From a virus, in the IMG/VR virus record IMGVR_UViG_3300022821_000013, positions 29,251 through 93,250 of that record: a stretch of DNA of 64,000 nt; one strand, given 5' to 3'. The notes below the pieces were generated by a model. That model searched no databases and was not told the origin of the DNA. It was given only the letters and a program-made list of their open reading frames with translations. Shown piece by piece: positions 10,230 through 19,053 of this stretch. A program made the position numbers and the translations under genes. Numbering within the stretch: the first letter of the stretch is position 1; each line of letters begins with the position of its first letter.

Positions 10230-11018
10230 TTATTTATTAATTTTTAAAGGTGTCAATACATATTTTGCGTGTATATCAGAGTTTTCAAAATCAAAGAATA
10301 ATGCTGACATAGGAATATCATTTGATTGTGTTGCAATTGCATAATCTAAAATTACATCATCTGTTATTGATTTTCCCTGTTCCAATATCTTTAATAGATA
10401 TATAGGGTCATAAACATCAACATGATTATTCTTCTTTGGTACATTTGTATCTATAAATTCACAATCTAATCTCAACTCTACATTACCAGATAGATTTTCA
10501 CCTTCAAATTTCAGAATATTATATTCATCTCCATCTGAATTTGCAATTCTAACCGAAGTTGGCTTGAATATAGATATTAATTTAGAGTATGAATTAATAA
10601 AGTCATTGTTTAAATGACATGTTAATGTTGGAACTGGAATATTAACAATATCTCTAACGTCTTCATATTCTGAATTGCATCTAAATGATATTTTTCTTTT
10701 TGTGTCATTAGCATGTAAATATAATGGAATCCCATTATGATTGCCTTCAACCTTAAAGTTTATATCATCTTCCATTATAGATAGAGTTTTCTTCAATTCA
10801 TCTGCATTTTTTAAAATAACACCACCAGTCTCACCATTTATAAATGGATGTTTGAATATAGTTGTAGTTTTAAACTGTGTATGTGTTGGTGGTTGCATAG
10901 TAACTTTAACTCTGCTATCATCGTAATTCAACTTAAATGATAAATGTTGTTCATTTATCTTACCTAATAAAAAGGTATCTATGTATTTGACAAATACATC
11001 TCTCTTAACTGACATCAT
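10230..11018 (-). CDS. Putative sliding clamp (T4 gp45-like)
   Basis: Size, beta-rich pattern, C-terminal ..AKYVL..; lies between PolB and the clamp loader. Mainly a synteny call. Confidence 0.55.
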   Translation of the reverse strand: MMSVKRDVFVKYIDTFLLGKINEQHLSFKLNYDDSRVKVTMQPPTHTQFKTTTIFKHPFINGETGGVILKNADELKKTLSIMEDDINFKVEGNHNGIPLYLHANDTKRKISFRCNSEYEDVRDIVNIPVPTLTCHLNNDFINSYSKLISIFKPTSVRIANSDGDEYNILKFEGENLSGNVELRLDCEFIDTNVPKKNNHVDVYDPIYLLKILEQGKSITDDVILDYAIATQSNDIPMSALFFDFENSDIHAKYVLTPLKINK

Positions 11019-11337
11019 CCCTCCAAGGGTTAATAAAAATTTGATAAATTATATTCTTCTTCTTTTCTTTTTCTGTTTTCTTTATTACGTCAATTTCTTT
11101 TGGTTCAACTTTCTTATTTACAAATAACTCATGTTTGGATATTCTATCTTTGGTAGTATTAAAAGATTTTTCTTCTAATTCTATACCAATAAAATTTCTA
11201 TTTAGATTAGCACATACTATACCAGTTGTACCAATACCATAAGGTGGGTCGGTAACTACTGCATCAACTGAATTATCATTTAAAACCTTTAAAACTTTAA
11301 GACTATCGCCTTGTAACAATGTGTGTGTATTACTCAT
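11005..11337 (-). pseudogene. Internally deleted N4/N6 DNA methyltransferase remnant
   Basis: GDSL.VL..L.DNSVDAVVTDPPY joined directly to GIGTTGIVCANLNRNFIGIELE; the central target-recognition region is absent. Confidence 0.75.
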
Positions 11338-11366
11338 TAATTTCCATTATTACCTATATTATATTA

Positions 11367-11398
11367 CAAACTTACGAAAAAGAAATTACATTACCAAA
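11367..11398 (-). promoter_or_regulatory. Bacteroidota-type sigma-A promoter (TTTG-N20-TAAGTTTG)
   Basis: Minus strand TTTGGTAATGTAATTTCTTTTTCGTAAGTTTG; upstream of the MTase/clamp/clamp loader genes. Confidence 0.8.
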
Positions 11399-11400
11399 TT

Positions 11401-14148
11401 TTAATAAAAATCATTACAATTTACATTATCAGTTGGTAATCTCCAATTAGCCGTATCATATATAGCTGATAGCTTATTACTTAACTCACTATCGTATATC
11501 TTCTCTATATTAATATATGTTTTTATAAACTCCATAATCTTAGGGTATGGTGTCTCCATAGGATAACCAATAATACTAAGGTTAAATGGATTATGTTTTA
11601 AATATACATATTTAATCTTATCACCTTGTTTTATAGCTTGATACTTAAAATCAGCATCGAAGAACTTCAATAATCTATTATACCCCAAAGCAGCCTTAAC
11701 TGGTGCAGTAGCACCTTTTTGAAACACATATATAGTTTTGTCCAACTCTGGATCATCATATTGATCTAACGTCTTAACAGATGATATTTTCGATATATAT
11801 TCTAGATCATCAGCAGTTATAGAGTTCATCAAATCAATTATTAGTTTATCACATTTAGGTTTATCATTTTCAATTAACATTATATTCAATAACGTAGATA
11901 AATGGTCTTGGAATTTAACTGGAAATGAAGATCTAACAACTTCAATACCTTTAAAGTCAATTGGATTGGCTAAATCACGTTTTCCCTCACTATCAACTAC
12001 ATATTGTGCATATCTCTTCTTACCTAACCATAAACCACGTCTAGTTATTTTCTCACGGTTAAACTTCAATCTATTATTATTAGAATGTAATGCTGATTTT
12101 GAGAATATCTCTAATGAATCATTTATAGAATTACAATAATCTTCTGCTATATCTGATAATTTATCTAAGTCTTCTTCTTTGTATTCTGATGGGTGAAATG
12201 GTAGATAACTTGAATCGGTATCATTATAGATAATAACATCATCAAATGGTAAGTCGTGTTTTACAGAGTATAGTTTGTTGAATACATACGATGCATATTT
12301 AATAATATCTCTACCAGTAGATGTTACTGCACTTGCATTCTCCAAGTCATAAAATCTAAATGTTTCTAATCCTAACACACCATATATAGAGTTTAATAGG
12401 ATTTTTTGTACTAATTGTAATTTATCATAATATCGTTCCATATCATAATCACCGTCTTTTCTACAAGACTTCATCTTATCTTTATAATCTAAACGTTTAT
12501 CAAACCAATCAGATAATATTTCTGGTATTAGACCTATTTTATCAGTAGAATACATCATACCATTAGAAGCTATAGTATATTTATTTTCTAATATAAACTC
12601 TATAAATTCATCTTTAGTAACTTCAAATACTTCTTTATTTAGATTTTCAAGTCTAAGTATAGTATCATCATTTATATAACCAAAGTCATAATTAATCTTA
12701 TCAAAATCAACATCACCATCAACAAAGCGTGATATATACTTCATCAGATTGACTTCTTCCCAATTCAATATCTTACCTGCTTTAGTTTCAGGAGATATAT
12801 TCAACGTTATAATGATAGATGGGTATAATGACTGTAAATCTATAGAGAATAACCATTCATATATATTAGTCTCTGGTAATCTAACGTATGCACCCTCAAA
12901 TGCTAATTTTATTTCTACGTTCTCTTTGAATGGTTTGGTTATATGTTTATTTAGATAAAATACACCATCTTCATAGTTATGATATTCATATACATCTGCT
13001 TTCTTAACTCTAAATACCTTTAATAAGCCATTAGTTGGTATTCTATGTCTTACAGCATCACAATCTACATGTAACTCATTAAGTCCTATTGTATGAGCTT
13101 TATTAGATGTTATATTCATACGTGGTTTCTTATTAGGTGCTATTATGGATTTTCTATCCATATAACTCATAATAGCACCTTCGATAACAGATGATGAATG
13201 TTTGAATTGTTGATATGGTATATGTGATATATGACATATTCTACGTGTCAACTCCACAAAGTCCAACTTAGCATCTAACTCTTTTATTAACTTAACATCG
13301 ACTAAGTTATACTCTATGAATTTTTCAATGTCTTCTCTGAATAACGTATCTAAACTACCCTCATAATCTATCTTACCATGACCTAATTCATGTTTAGATA
13401 CATAGTCTAGTTTATAACTTGGTAACTCTGAATAGTTATAGTTCTTATATACAATCATATAGTCTAATGACGCTAAACCTGCTATATCAACATACTTATT
13501 TCTTTCGCTATATTTAACTATACCTATAGGACTTAATTTCTTTACCCAATTATACCCTAATATATTTTTAATTCTAAAATATAGGTATCTAATATCAAAG
13601 TTATCACTGTTCCAACCTAATATTATATGTGGGCTTATTTCAGACATTTTATTTATAAACGCCTTTAATAGATTAACATCATTATTATAAGATGTAACAA
13701 TTACATTAGCTTCTTTATCATACGAATGTTTATGTTCTGACACTACAAATACATAATATATATCTGATGTCTGGTCGTACAACGCAATTGACGTTATATA
13801 ATTATTGGCTTCTTCCGTTATCAACTGACCAGATACCATTTCAACCTCTATATCGACAATAACTGTCTTTATATTAGTTGATACATCATCACTAAAATTA
13901 TACAATTTAATTAATTGGTCTATATCAGGTGATAGATCCACTTGTAGATAATCATCCGAATTTCCATTGTAAGTTTTGGATGTTACAACTGGATGATCAC
14001 TAAACAGATATTTCAATTCTGTTTCTTCTTTTGGATCCTTAGCTAATCTAAAAAATTCGGAATCACGTTCAAAAGATACATATCCTTCAGTGTCATCCCA
14101 TAAATGATATAGATTTTCCTTTCTATCAAAGTATATAGATTGGTACAT
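11401..14148 (-). CDS. Family B DNA polymerase (T4 gp43-like)
   Basis: Exo DIEVE, GWNSDNFD, YNLVD; polymerase DLQSLYPSII, KILLNSIYG, YNDTDS, KKRY. Confidence 0.97.
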   Translation of the reverse strand: MYQSIYFDRKENLYHLWDDTEGYVSFERDSEFFRLAKDPKEETELKYLFSDHPVVTSKTYNGNSDDYLQVDLSPDIDQLIKLYNFSDDVSTNIKTVIVDIEVEMVSGQLITEEANNYITSIALYDQTSDIYYVFVVSEHKHSYDKEANVIVTSYNNDVNLLKAFINKMSEISPHIILGWNSDNFDIRYLYFRIKNILGYNWVKKLSPIGIVKYSERNKYVDIAGLASLDYMIVYKNYNYSELPSYKLDYVSKHELGHGKIDYEGSLDTLFREDIEKFIEYNLVDVKLIKELDAKLDFVELTRRICHISHIPYQQFKHSSSVIEGAIMSYMDRKSIIAPNKKPRMNITSNKAHTIGLNELHVDCDAVRHRIPTNGLLKVFRVKKADVYEYHNYEDGVFYLNKHITKPFKENVEIKLAFEGAYVRLPETNIYEWLFSIDLQSLYPSIIITLNISPETKAGKILNWEEVNLMKYISRFVDGDVDFDKINYDFGYINDDTILRLENLNKEVFEVTKDEFIEFILENKYTIASNGMMYSTDKIGLIPEILSDWFDKRLDYKDKMKSCRKDGDYDMERYYDKLQLVQKILLNSIYGVLGLETFRFYDLENASAVTSTGRDIIKYASYVFNKLYSVKHDLPFDDVIIYNDTDSSYLPFHPSEYKEEDLDKLSDIAEDYCNSINDSLEIFSKSALHSNNNRLKFNREKITRRGLWLGKKRYAQYVVDSEGKRDLANPIDFKGIEVVRSSFPVKFQDHLSTLLNIMLIENDKPKCDKLIIDLMNSITADDLEYISKISSVKTLDQYDDPELDKTIYVFQKGATAPVKAALGYNRLLKFFDADFKYQAIKQGDKIKYVYLKHNPFNLSIIGYPMETPYPKIMEFIKTYINIEKIYDSELSNKLSAIYDTANWRLPTDNVNCNDFY

Positions 14149-14214
14149 TTATTGTATTTGTATTTGTATTGAATGTCATATATGATATGACTTAAAAACT
14201 AAAAAAACTAAAAA

Positions 14215-14643
14215 TTAAGATCCAGTAGAACCAAATCCACCATCACCACGTTCGCTATTAGATAATTCATCTACTTCGATTAAATTAATATCTTCTAACT
14301 TCTCAATTATCAATTGAGCTACTCTATCACCAACACCATATACATCGTATGGTGGGTAGGCATTTGTGTATTTAAACATTACGAATATCTCACCTGTATA
14401 ACCACAATCTATTATACCAGTTGAATTAGCTAACATCAAATCAGTCTTTGATATTGAACTTCTTGGATATATTTTACCAACATAACCTTCTGGTATTTCA
14501 ATTGACAACCCAGTACCACATTTAATACCTATATTAGTATCAATTACTGATGTTGCAACCATATCAAACCCAGCATCTGTTTTATGTGCTTTGGTTGGTA
14601 TTTGTGCGTATTCATTTAATCGTTTAAATTTAACATTTAACAT
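14215..14643 (-). CDS. dut: Trimeric dUTPase
   Basis: AGFD, PRSS, GIIDCGYTGEI, GDRVAQL, RGDGGFGSTG. Confidence 0.97.
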   Translation of the reverse strand: MLNVKFKRLNEYAQIPTKAHKTDAGFDMVATSVIDTNIGIKCGTGLSIEIPEGYVGKIYPRSSISKTDLMLANSTGIIDCGYTGEIFVMFKYTNAYPPYDVYGVGDRVAQLIIEKLEDINLIEVDELSNSERGDGGFGSTGS

Positions 14644-14672
14644 TTGAACCTTAGAATTAAATTAAAAATCAA

Positions 14673-14701
14673 GAATCACTACTATATATTAATAGTGATT
14701 C
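14673..14701. promoter_or_regulatory. Intergenic hairpin upstream of dUTPase
   Basis: GAATCACTA...TAGTGATTC inverted repeat. Confidence 0.45.
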
Positions 14702-14736
14702 CGTTACTTTTTCTCCACATGGAAGATAAGCTAAAA

Positions 14737-14937
14737 CTACTTAACTGAAAAATTAACATCATGTTTTTTCATTTGGTCTATTTTGACTGGAGTTAAATAT
14801 TGAACTATTGCTCCAACAACAAGCTCTGTTTCTGGATCAACTATAAAATTTATAGTCTTGTTATCAGATTCGTCCTTAACTGACACTGTAAGTTTGATGC
14901 CATTTATAGCACCTAACAATTCATAAATAATTTCCAT
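14737..14937 (-). CDS. Hypothetical protein
   Basis: 66-aa ORF with upstream AAGGT. Confidence 0.6.
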   Translation of the reverse strand: MEIIYELLGAINGIKLTVSVKDESDNKTINFIVDPETELVVGAIVQYLTPVKIDQMKKHDVNFSVK

Positions 14938-14952
14938 TATTACCTTTTATTT

Positions 14953-14984
14953 AAAATGGGTAGTGGATTAAAATACTACCCATT
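14953..14984 (-). terminator. Putative intrinsic terminator after the T9SS-cargo-like gene
   Basis: 10-bp stem AATGGGTAGT/ACTACCCATT immediately after the stop codon. Confidence 0.65.
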
Positions 14985-14991
14985 ATTTTAT

Positions 14992-16548
14992 TTACATTGT
15001 AAATTTATAAACTGATGTTGTACCATCAAATTCAATTATAATCATAAAATACATACCACTATTATAACCTGATATGTCTATAGTTGGTTGTACAGAGTTA
15101 CCACTAACTTCATATACGACCTGTCCTATATAATTAGCTATATATAGATGTGATACTGTTCTTGGATTATCAATAGTAATTATACCATTGCTAATAGAAC
15201 TATATACACTTATATCTTGAATATTATTTTTATCTTCTATTTCAACACTTAAAGGTATATCCTTAATTAAAGTAACCAATATATTAACTGTATCTGGCTT
15301 AACGCTCTTTAAGCTATCAATAACAATAGCCATATCATCAATTACTTTATATAAACTATCTTCTTTACATTCATCTATAATAGTAACTAAACCAGTTTCA
15401 ACATTCAATTCCGTATATACATCATCAGTAACAAATTTGAACTTTAACGTTGAATCCATTGGATTAACTGTATATTTGTAATTAGTTTGTAATTGCCAAT
15501 TAGTATTTATTTTGGTAAATGTTTCTGATGAATTACGCTGAACATATACATATACATATCTAAAGTTAGTAGAATACGCCCAAGCAAACTCTATAACATC
15601 AGTAACTTTATATATACTTCCGATTGGACCAACTTCAAACCACTTGTATTGACTTTTGATTGTAACTTCATTTAACTTATAGCCCCACTCAGTATAAAAC
15701 TCTAATAATATAGTTTCATCTATACCAATTGAAGTTGTATATTCATATACAGATTGGTTATAAGGTATAATACCATACTCAACACCATCTTTATAAACTA
15801 CTATATGCGTATATTCTGATATTCTATTTGAGTTAATTAATAATTGTACTTTCTGACCATCTTTATAAGTTGATAGTTCAACTTCATTCTTATTGATTAC
15901 ATATAACTCTGCATTTACAAACGTAGCATTTTGTGTCTTTGCTATTGCATAATTAATACCGTCATAAGCAAGTCTAAATTTAACATCTTGCATAGCAAAT
16001 TCATTATGAACTGCTATAGTTTTAGATGCTACATCAACATCACCCAATCCAGTCCATGTACCTGATGCTAATTTATATTGTAGTTCTAATCTACTTGGAA
16101 CTGTACTAATATCAATATCCCAAGTTAAATAGAATATATCATCATACCAAATAGTATCTATGTTATTGAATGTACCTGATGCATAAATGACATTTATATC
16201 TACATCTGTAACGTCAGTTGGTAATATTGAGAATGTTCCAGAATTTCTATTTCCTGTGTGTATTCCAAGTTTACCATTTGAAATTAATCTATCGGGTATA
16301 TATTCTACCGATATAGTATTTGAGTTTCCCCAACCAAATGTATTAGATATTTTAGTCCATGTATTAGATGCTACATCTAACTCAGAAATATAAAAATCTG
16401 TTGGTGTGTTTGTTTCAATTACTTCTAATTGATATTCAACATCATAAAAATATTCCGATTTATTCGCTGTTTGTTGCTCGAACGTTTGTTCTGCATTTAC
16501 ATTGGTAGCGATTACCAGTAATAATGATAATATTAATTTGTTTATCAT
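14992..16548 (-). CDS. Secreted protein with Sec signal peptide and type IX secretion (Por) C-terminal sorting domain
   Basis: N-terminus MINKLILSLLLVIATNVNA|E; beta-rich body; C-terminus ISVY..ISNGIITI...LYIANYIGQVV...TIDISGYNSGMYFMII......VYKFTM fits the type A T9SS CTD pattern. Confidence 0.75.
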   Translation of the reverse strand: MINKLILSLLLVIATNVNAEQTFEQQTANKSEYFYDVEYQLEVIETNTPTDFYISELDVASNTWTKISNTFGWGNSNTISVEYIPDRLISNGKLGIHTGNRNSGTFSILPTDVTDVDINVIYASGTFNNIDTIWYDDIFYLTWDIDISTVPSRLELQYKLASGTWTGLGDVDVASKTIAVHNEFAMQDVKFRLAYDGINYAIAKTQNATFVNAELYVINKNEVELSTYKDGQKVQLLINSNRISEYTHIVVYKDGVEYGIIPYNQSVYEYTTSIGIDETILLEFYTEWGYKLNEVTIKSQYKWFEVGPIGSIYKVTDVIEFAWAYSTNFRYVYVYVQRNSSETFTKINTNWQLQTNYKYTVNPMDSTLKFKFVTDDVYTELNVETGLVTIIDECKEDSLYKVIDDMAIVIDSLKSVKPDTVNILVTLIKDIPLSVEIEDKNNIQDISVYSSISNGIITIDNPRTVSHLYIANYIGQVVYEVSGNSVQPTIDISGYNSGMYFMIIIEFDGTTSVYKFTM

Positions 16549-16612
16549 AACTAACCTAAAAATTTAACAACTATAAATAAATATAAGTTAAAATTTTAAT
16601 TCCTTTAAATAA

Positions 16613-16632
16613 AGCCGAGTTTTAAGTCGGCT
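16613..16632 (-). terminator. Putative terminator hairpin
   Basis: AGCCGA-N8-TCGGCT followed by TTATTT on the minus strand. Confidence 0.45.
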
Positions 16633-16776
16633 AATTTATAATTAATCTTTCTTAATATTAAAAAACCTAAGTTTCCACCTTTTATTTTCGTATTGTGCTC
16701 CATAAATACCAAAAAGATATTCATCTGCATTCATCATAATCGCCATTTACACCATCCTAATATTCATCAATAGATT

Positions 16777-17091
16777 TCATAGCCGCCTTTGTCTTATAGT
16801 TCTATTTTCAATTTCTTCTAAAAACTCATCTGGTAATCTAGGAATTTCAGACCAATATAAAATATCTTGTCCGAAGTATGTGGATGGTCCAAAAGTCTTC
16901 CAGTTGTAATCCCTCTTGTTATTACTTTCATTTTTAGCTTTATTCCGCCACATAATAACTGACCTATGATACATATCTTCAGGATACTCCCAATTATCTC
17001 CGTGATACCATCCAATAACACATTTACCAAATTCTGGTAAACTGTCAGATGTACGATTCCATTTAAACTCACGTGTTTTTTGACTAAACAT
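16777..17091 (-). CDS. Hypothetical protein (DUF551-like)
   Basis: W...S..LPE.G..VI...W..IP.LP pattern; AGGAG ribosome-binding site. Confidence 0.55.
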   Translation of the reverse strand: MFSQKTREFKWNRTSDSLPEFGKCVIGWYHGDNWEYPEDMYHRSVIMWRNKAKNESNNKRDYNWKTFGPSTYFGQDILYWSEIPRLPDEFLEEIENRTIRQRRL

Positions 17092-17144
17092 TTAGTCTCC
17101 TGTAATTAATTAATATTAAATACTACATGTATTTATTTATTTTA

Positions 17145-17176
17145 CAAACTTACAAAAAAGAAATTACTATTCCAAA
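17145..17176 (-). promoter_or_regulatory. Bacteroidota-type sigma-A promoter
   Basis: TTTGGAATAGTAATTTCTTTTTTGTAAGTTTG, 20-nt spacer. Confidence 0.8.
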
Positions 17177-17334
17177 TTATTTATTTCCATAGTATCATAT
17201 TTTAATTTTACATTGATACCTGAACCACCAGTAAAATAATCACTAATATCAAAATCATGATCAGACATAATAATATATACTATATCTAATATAACGTATT
17301 TACGATATACAATAGTTTCATACACAACACCTAC

Positions 17335-17559
17335 CTAATTTAGACGTGTTACAGTTATATCATGTACATTTCTATCAGTACCAAATGTGTTTATTAAGAA
17401 CACATCAACATTATCCTCTATAGAATTATATAAGTTAACTTCTAACGTTTTATCCTTTACTGACGTTAGAGCAACTCTACATATATCATATTCTGGTATT
17501 TCATTATACCATTTAGTCACTACACAGCTCAAATCTTTATCTTTGAATATTCCAAACAT
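17335..17559 (-). CDS. Hypothetical protein
   Basis: 74-aa ORF on the coding strand. Confidence 0.55.
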   Translation of the reverse strand: MFGIFKDKDLSCVVTKWYNEIPEYDICRVALTSVKDKTLEVNLYNSIEDNVDVFLINTFGTDRNVHDITVTRLN

Positions 17560-17580
17560 AATCTTATACCCACTTATTAA

Positions 17581-18999
17581 TTATAAAATAAAATCTTTTT
17601 TTGAATCATCGAAATTCTCATCAGTTGCGAAAGTTATAGATTGTCTTTCTGATAACTTGCTATATATTGATGACACTGTTGTCTTCTTACTTTTTAATAA
17701 AACATCATCTTCTATTTTTAATTTGTCCATTAACACCTTAACATTTTTAGATGTAACATAACCAAATTTAAAATTACCTATCAATCTACCTTCTCTTAGA
17801 ATAGCTTTATCTATATCAAATTTATCAGTATTAAATGTTAATATCATTTGTATCTTCAAAGCACTATTTAATATACCATCAGTTGAGTTTAATAGATTGG
17901 ATATACCATTTGATACATTACCATTATCTCTACTTAATAATATCGATTCTGCCTCTTCGACGATTAATAATATATTCTCCTTTACGTCCTTATTCTGAGC
18001 TGATAGCTCAGTTAGAAAGCCAATAAACGAAGGATCAGTTAAGTTATTAATCATATTAGGCTGTACAAATATAACACATTTATTATCTAATCTACGTAAC
18101 ATATGCTTTATACAATAAGACTTACCAGAACCAGGTACACCGTGAAATAACACGATTCCTTTAGTTGATGTTCTTATATTAGAAACTAAACTTTCATATC
18201 TATCTTCAAACCCATCACCATAATGAATATCCAAATCTTCAAATTTATCATTTATATAATCTAATTTTATAGATTTCAATGTAAATCCAGAATGTGTTGT
18301 GCTTATTAAATTAACATATTCAGTCTTATTGATAATATCATTATATGATATAGTTGCTTTGGAAAAATACCCTATTATAGAATTATATACATCTATAGAA
18401 TCTTGTATTTTATCTGCACCATAAGGATTTATATCTAAAGTAATTGAACCTATATAAGAATCATTTAATGTTTCTGAATCGTAATCATCATCGTAATATA
18501 TATCATCGTCATCTGTATCAACTTGATATTTAGTATCATCATTTAAACCCATTATATTAATTGTTAATATACAAGGCAAACCATTTAATGTATACTTAAA
18601 GTCTAAATATAAATCTCTATTTATTTTACCACGCATCCCTATCAATGAGAAACCAAGTGATAATATTTCATCTAATACAGAATCGTCGTATTTGTGAACT
18701 ACTCGTTTTTTACTTTTAAAACTATTATTTAAAATGGAAGTTATATCAATTGTTATTGGTGTATTAAGACCACCAGAAGTTATGAACCTACGTTTTATCA
18801 ATGTAGAATTAGAGTTAGTATCATAATCCAACGTAACAATAGCATTAGCATCGTCATCACGTGACAATTTATTAGTTATATCTATTTTTGATATTAATTT
18901 AAGAATACTCTTATACATTCTATTAGTTAATATATTATTATGTATTGTATTAGAGTTTATTTTTTCTATACTACTATTAGTTCCATTTGATATTAACAT
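17581..18999 (-). CDS. AAA+ ATPase
   Basis: Walker A HGVPGSGKS, Walker B LLIVEEAE, LLNSTDG, DKAILREGRL (arginine finger region). Confidence 0.85.
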   Translation of the reverse strand: MLISNGTNSSIEKINSNTIHNNILTNRMYKSILKLISKIDITNKLSRDDDANAIVTLDYDTNSNSTLIKRRFITSGGLNTPITIDITSILNNSFKSKKRVVHKYDDSVLDEILSLGFSLIGMRGKINRDLYLDFKYTLNGLPCILTINIMGLNDDTKYQVDTDDDDIYYDDDYDSETLNDSYIGSITLDINPYGADKIQDSIDVYNSIIGYFSKATISYNDIINKTEYVNLISTTHSGFTLKSIKLDYINDKFEDLDIHYGDGFEDRYESLVSNIRTSTKGIVLFHGVPGSGKSYCIKHMLRRLDNKCVIFVQPNMINNLTDPSFIGFLTELSAQNKDVKENILLIVEEAESILLSRDNGNVSNGISNLLNSTDGILNSALKIQMILTFNTDKFDIDKAILREGRLIGNFKFGYVTSKNVKVLMDKLKIEDDVLLKSKKTTVSSIYSKLSERQSITFATDENFDDSKKDFIL

Positions 19000-19029
19000 C
19001 GATCACCTTATTATTAATTAAAAATAATA

Positions 19030-19047
19030 GAGAGTGTTTCCACTCTC
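19030..19047 (-). terminator. Putative intrinsic terminator after RNR
   Basis: GAGAGTG-GAAA-CACTCTC hairpin followed by TATTATTTTT. Confidence 0.7.
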
Positions 19048-19053
19048 ATTAAA

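Noticed and set aside
16600-17335. Short ORFs (about 46-50 aa near 16606-16746 and 17178-17330; also 16818..17072)
   Set aside because: No motifs and uncertain starts; 16818..17072 is nested out of frame in the better-supported 16777..17091.
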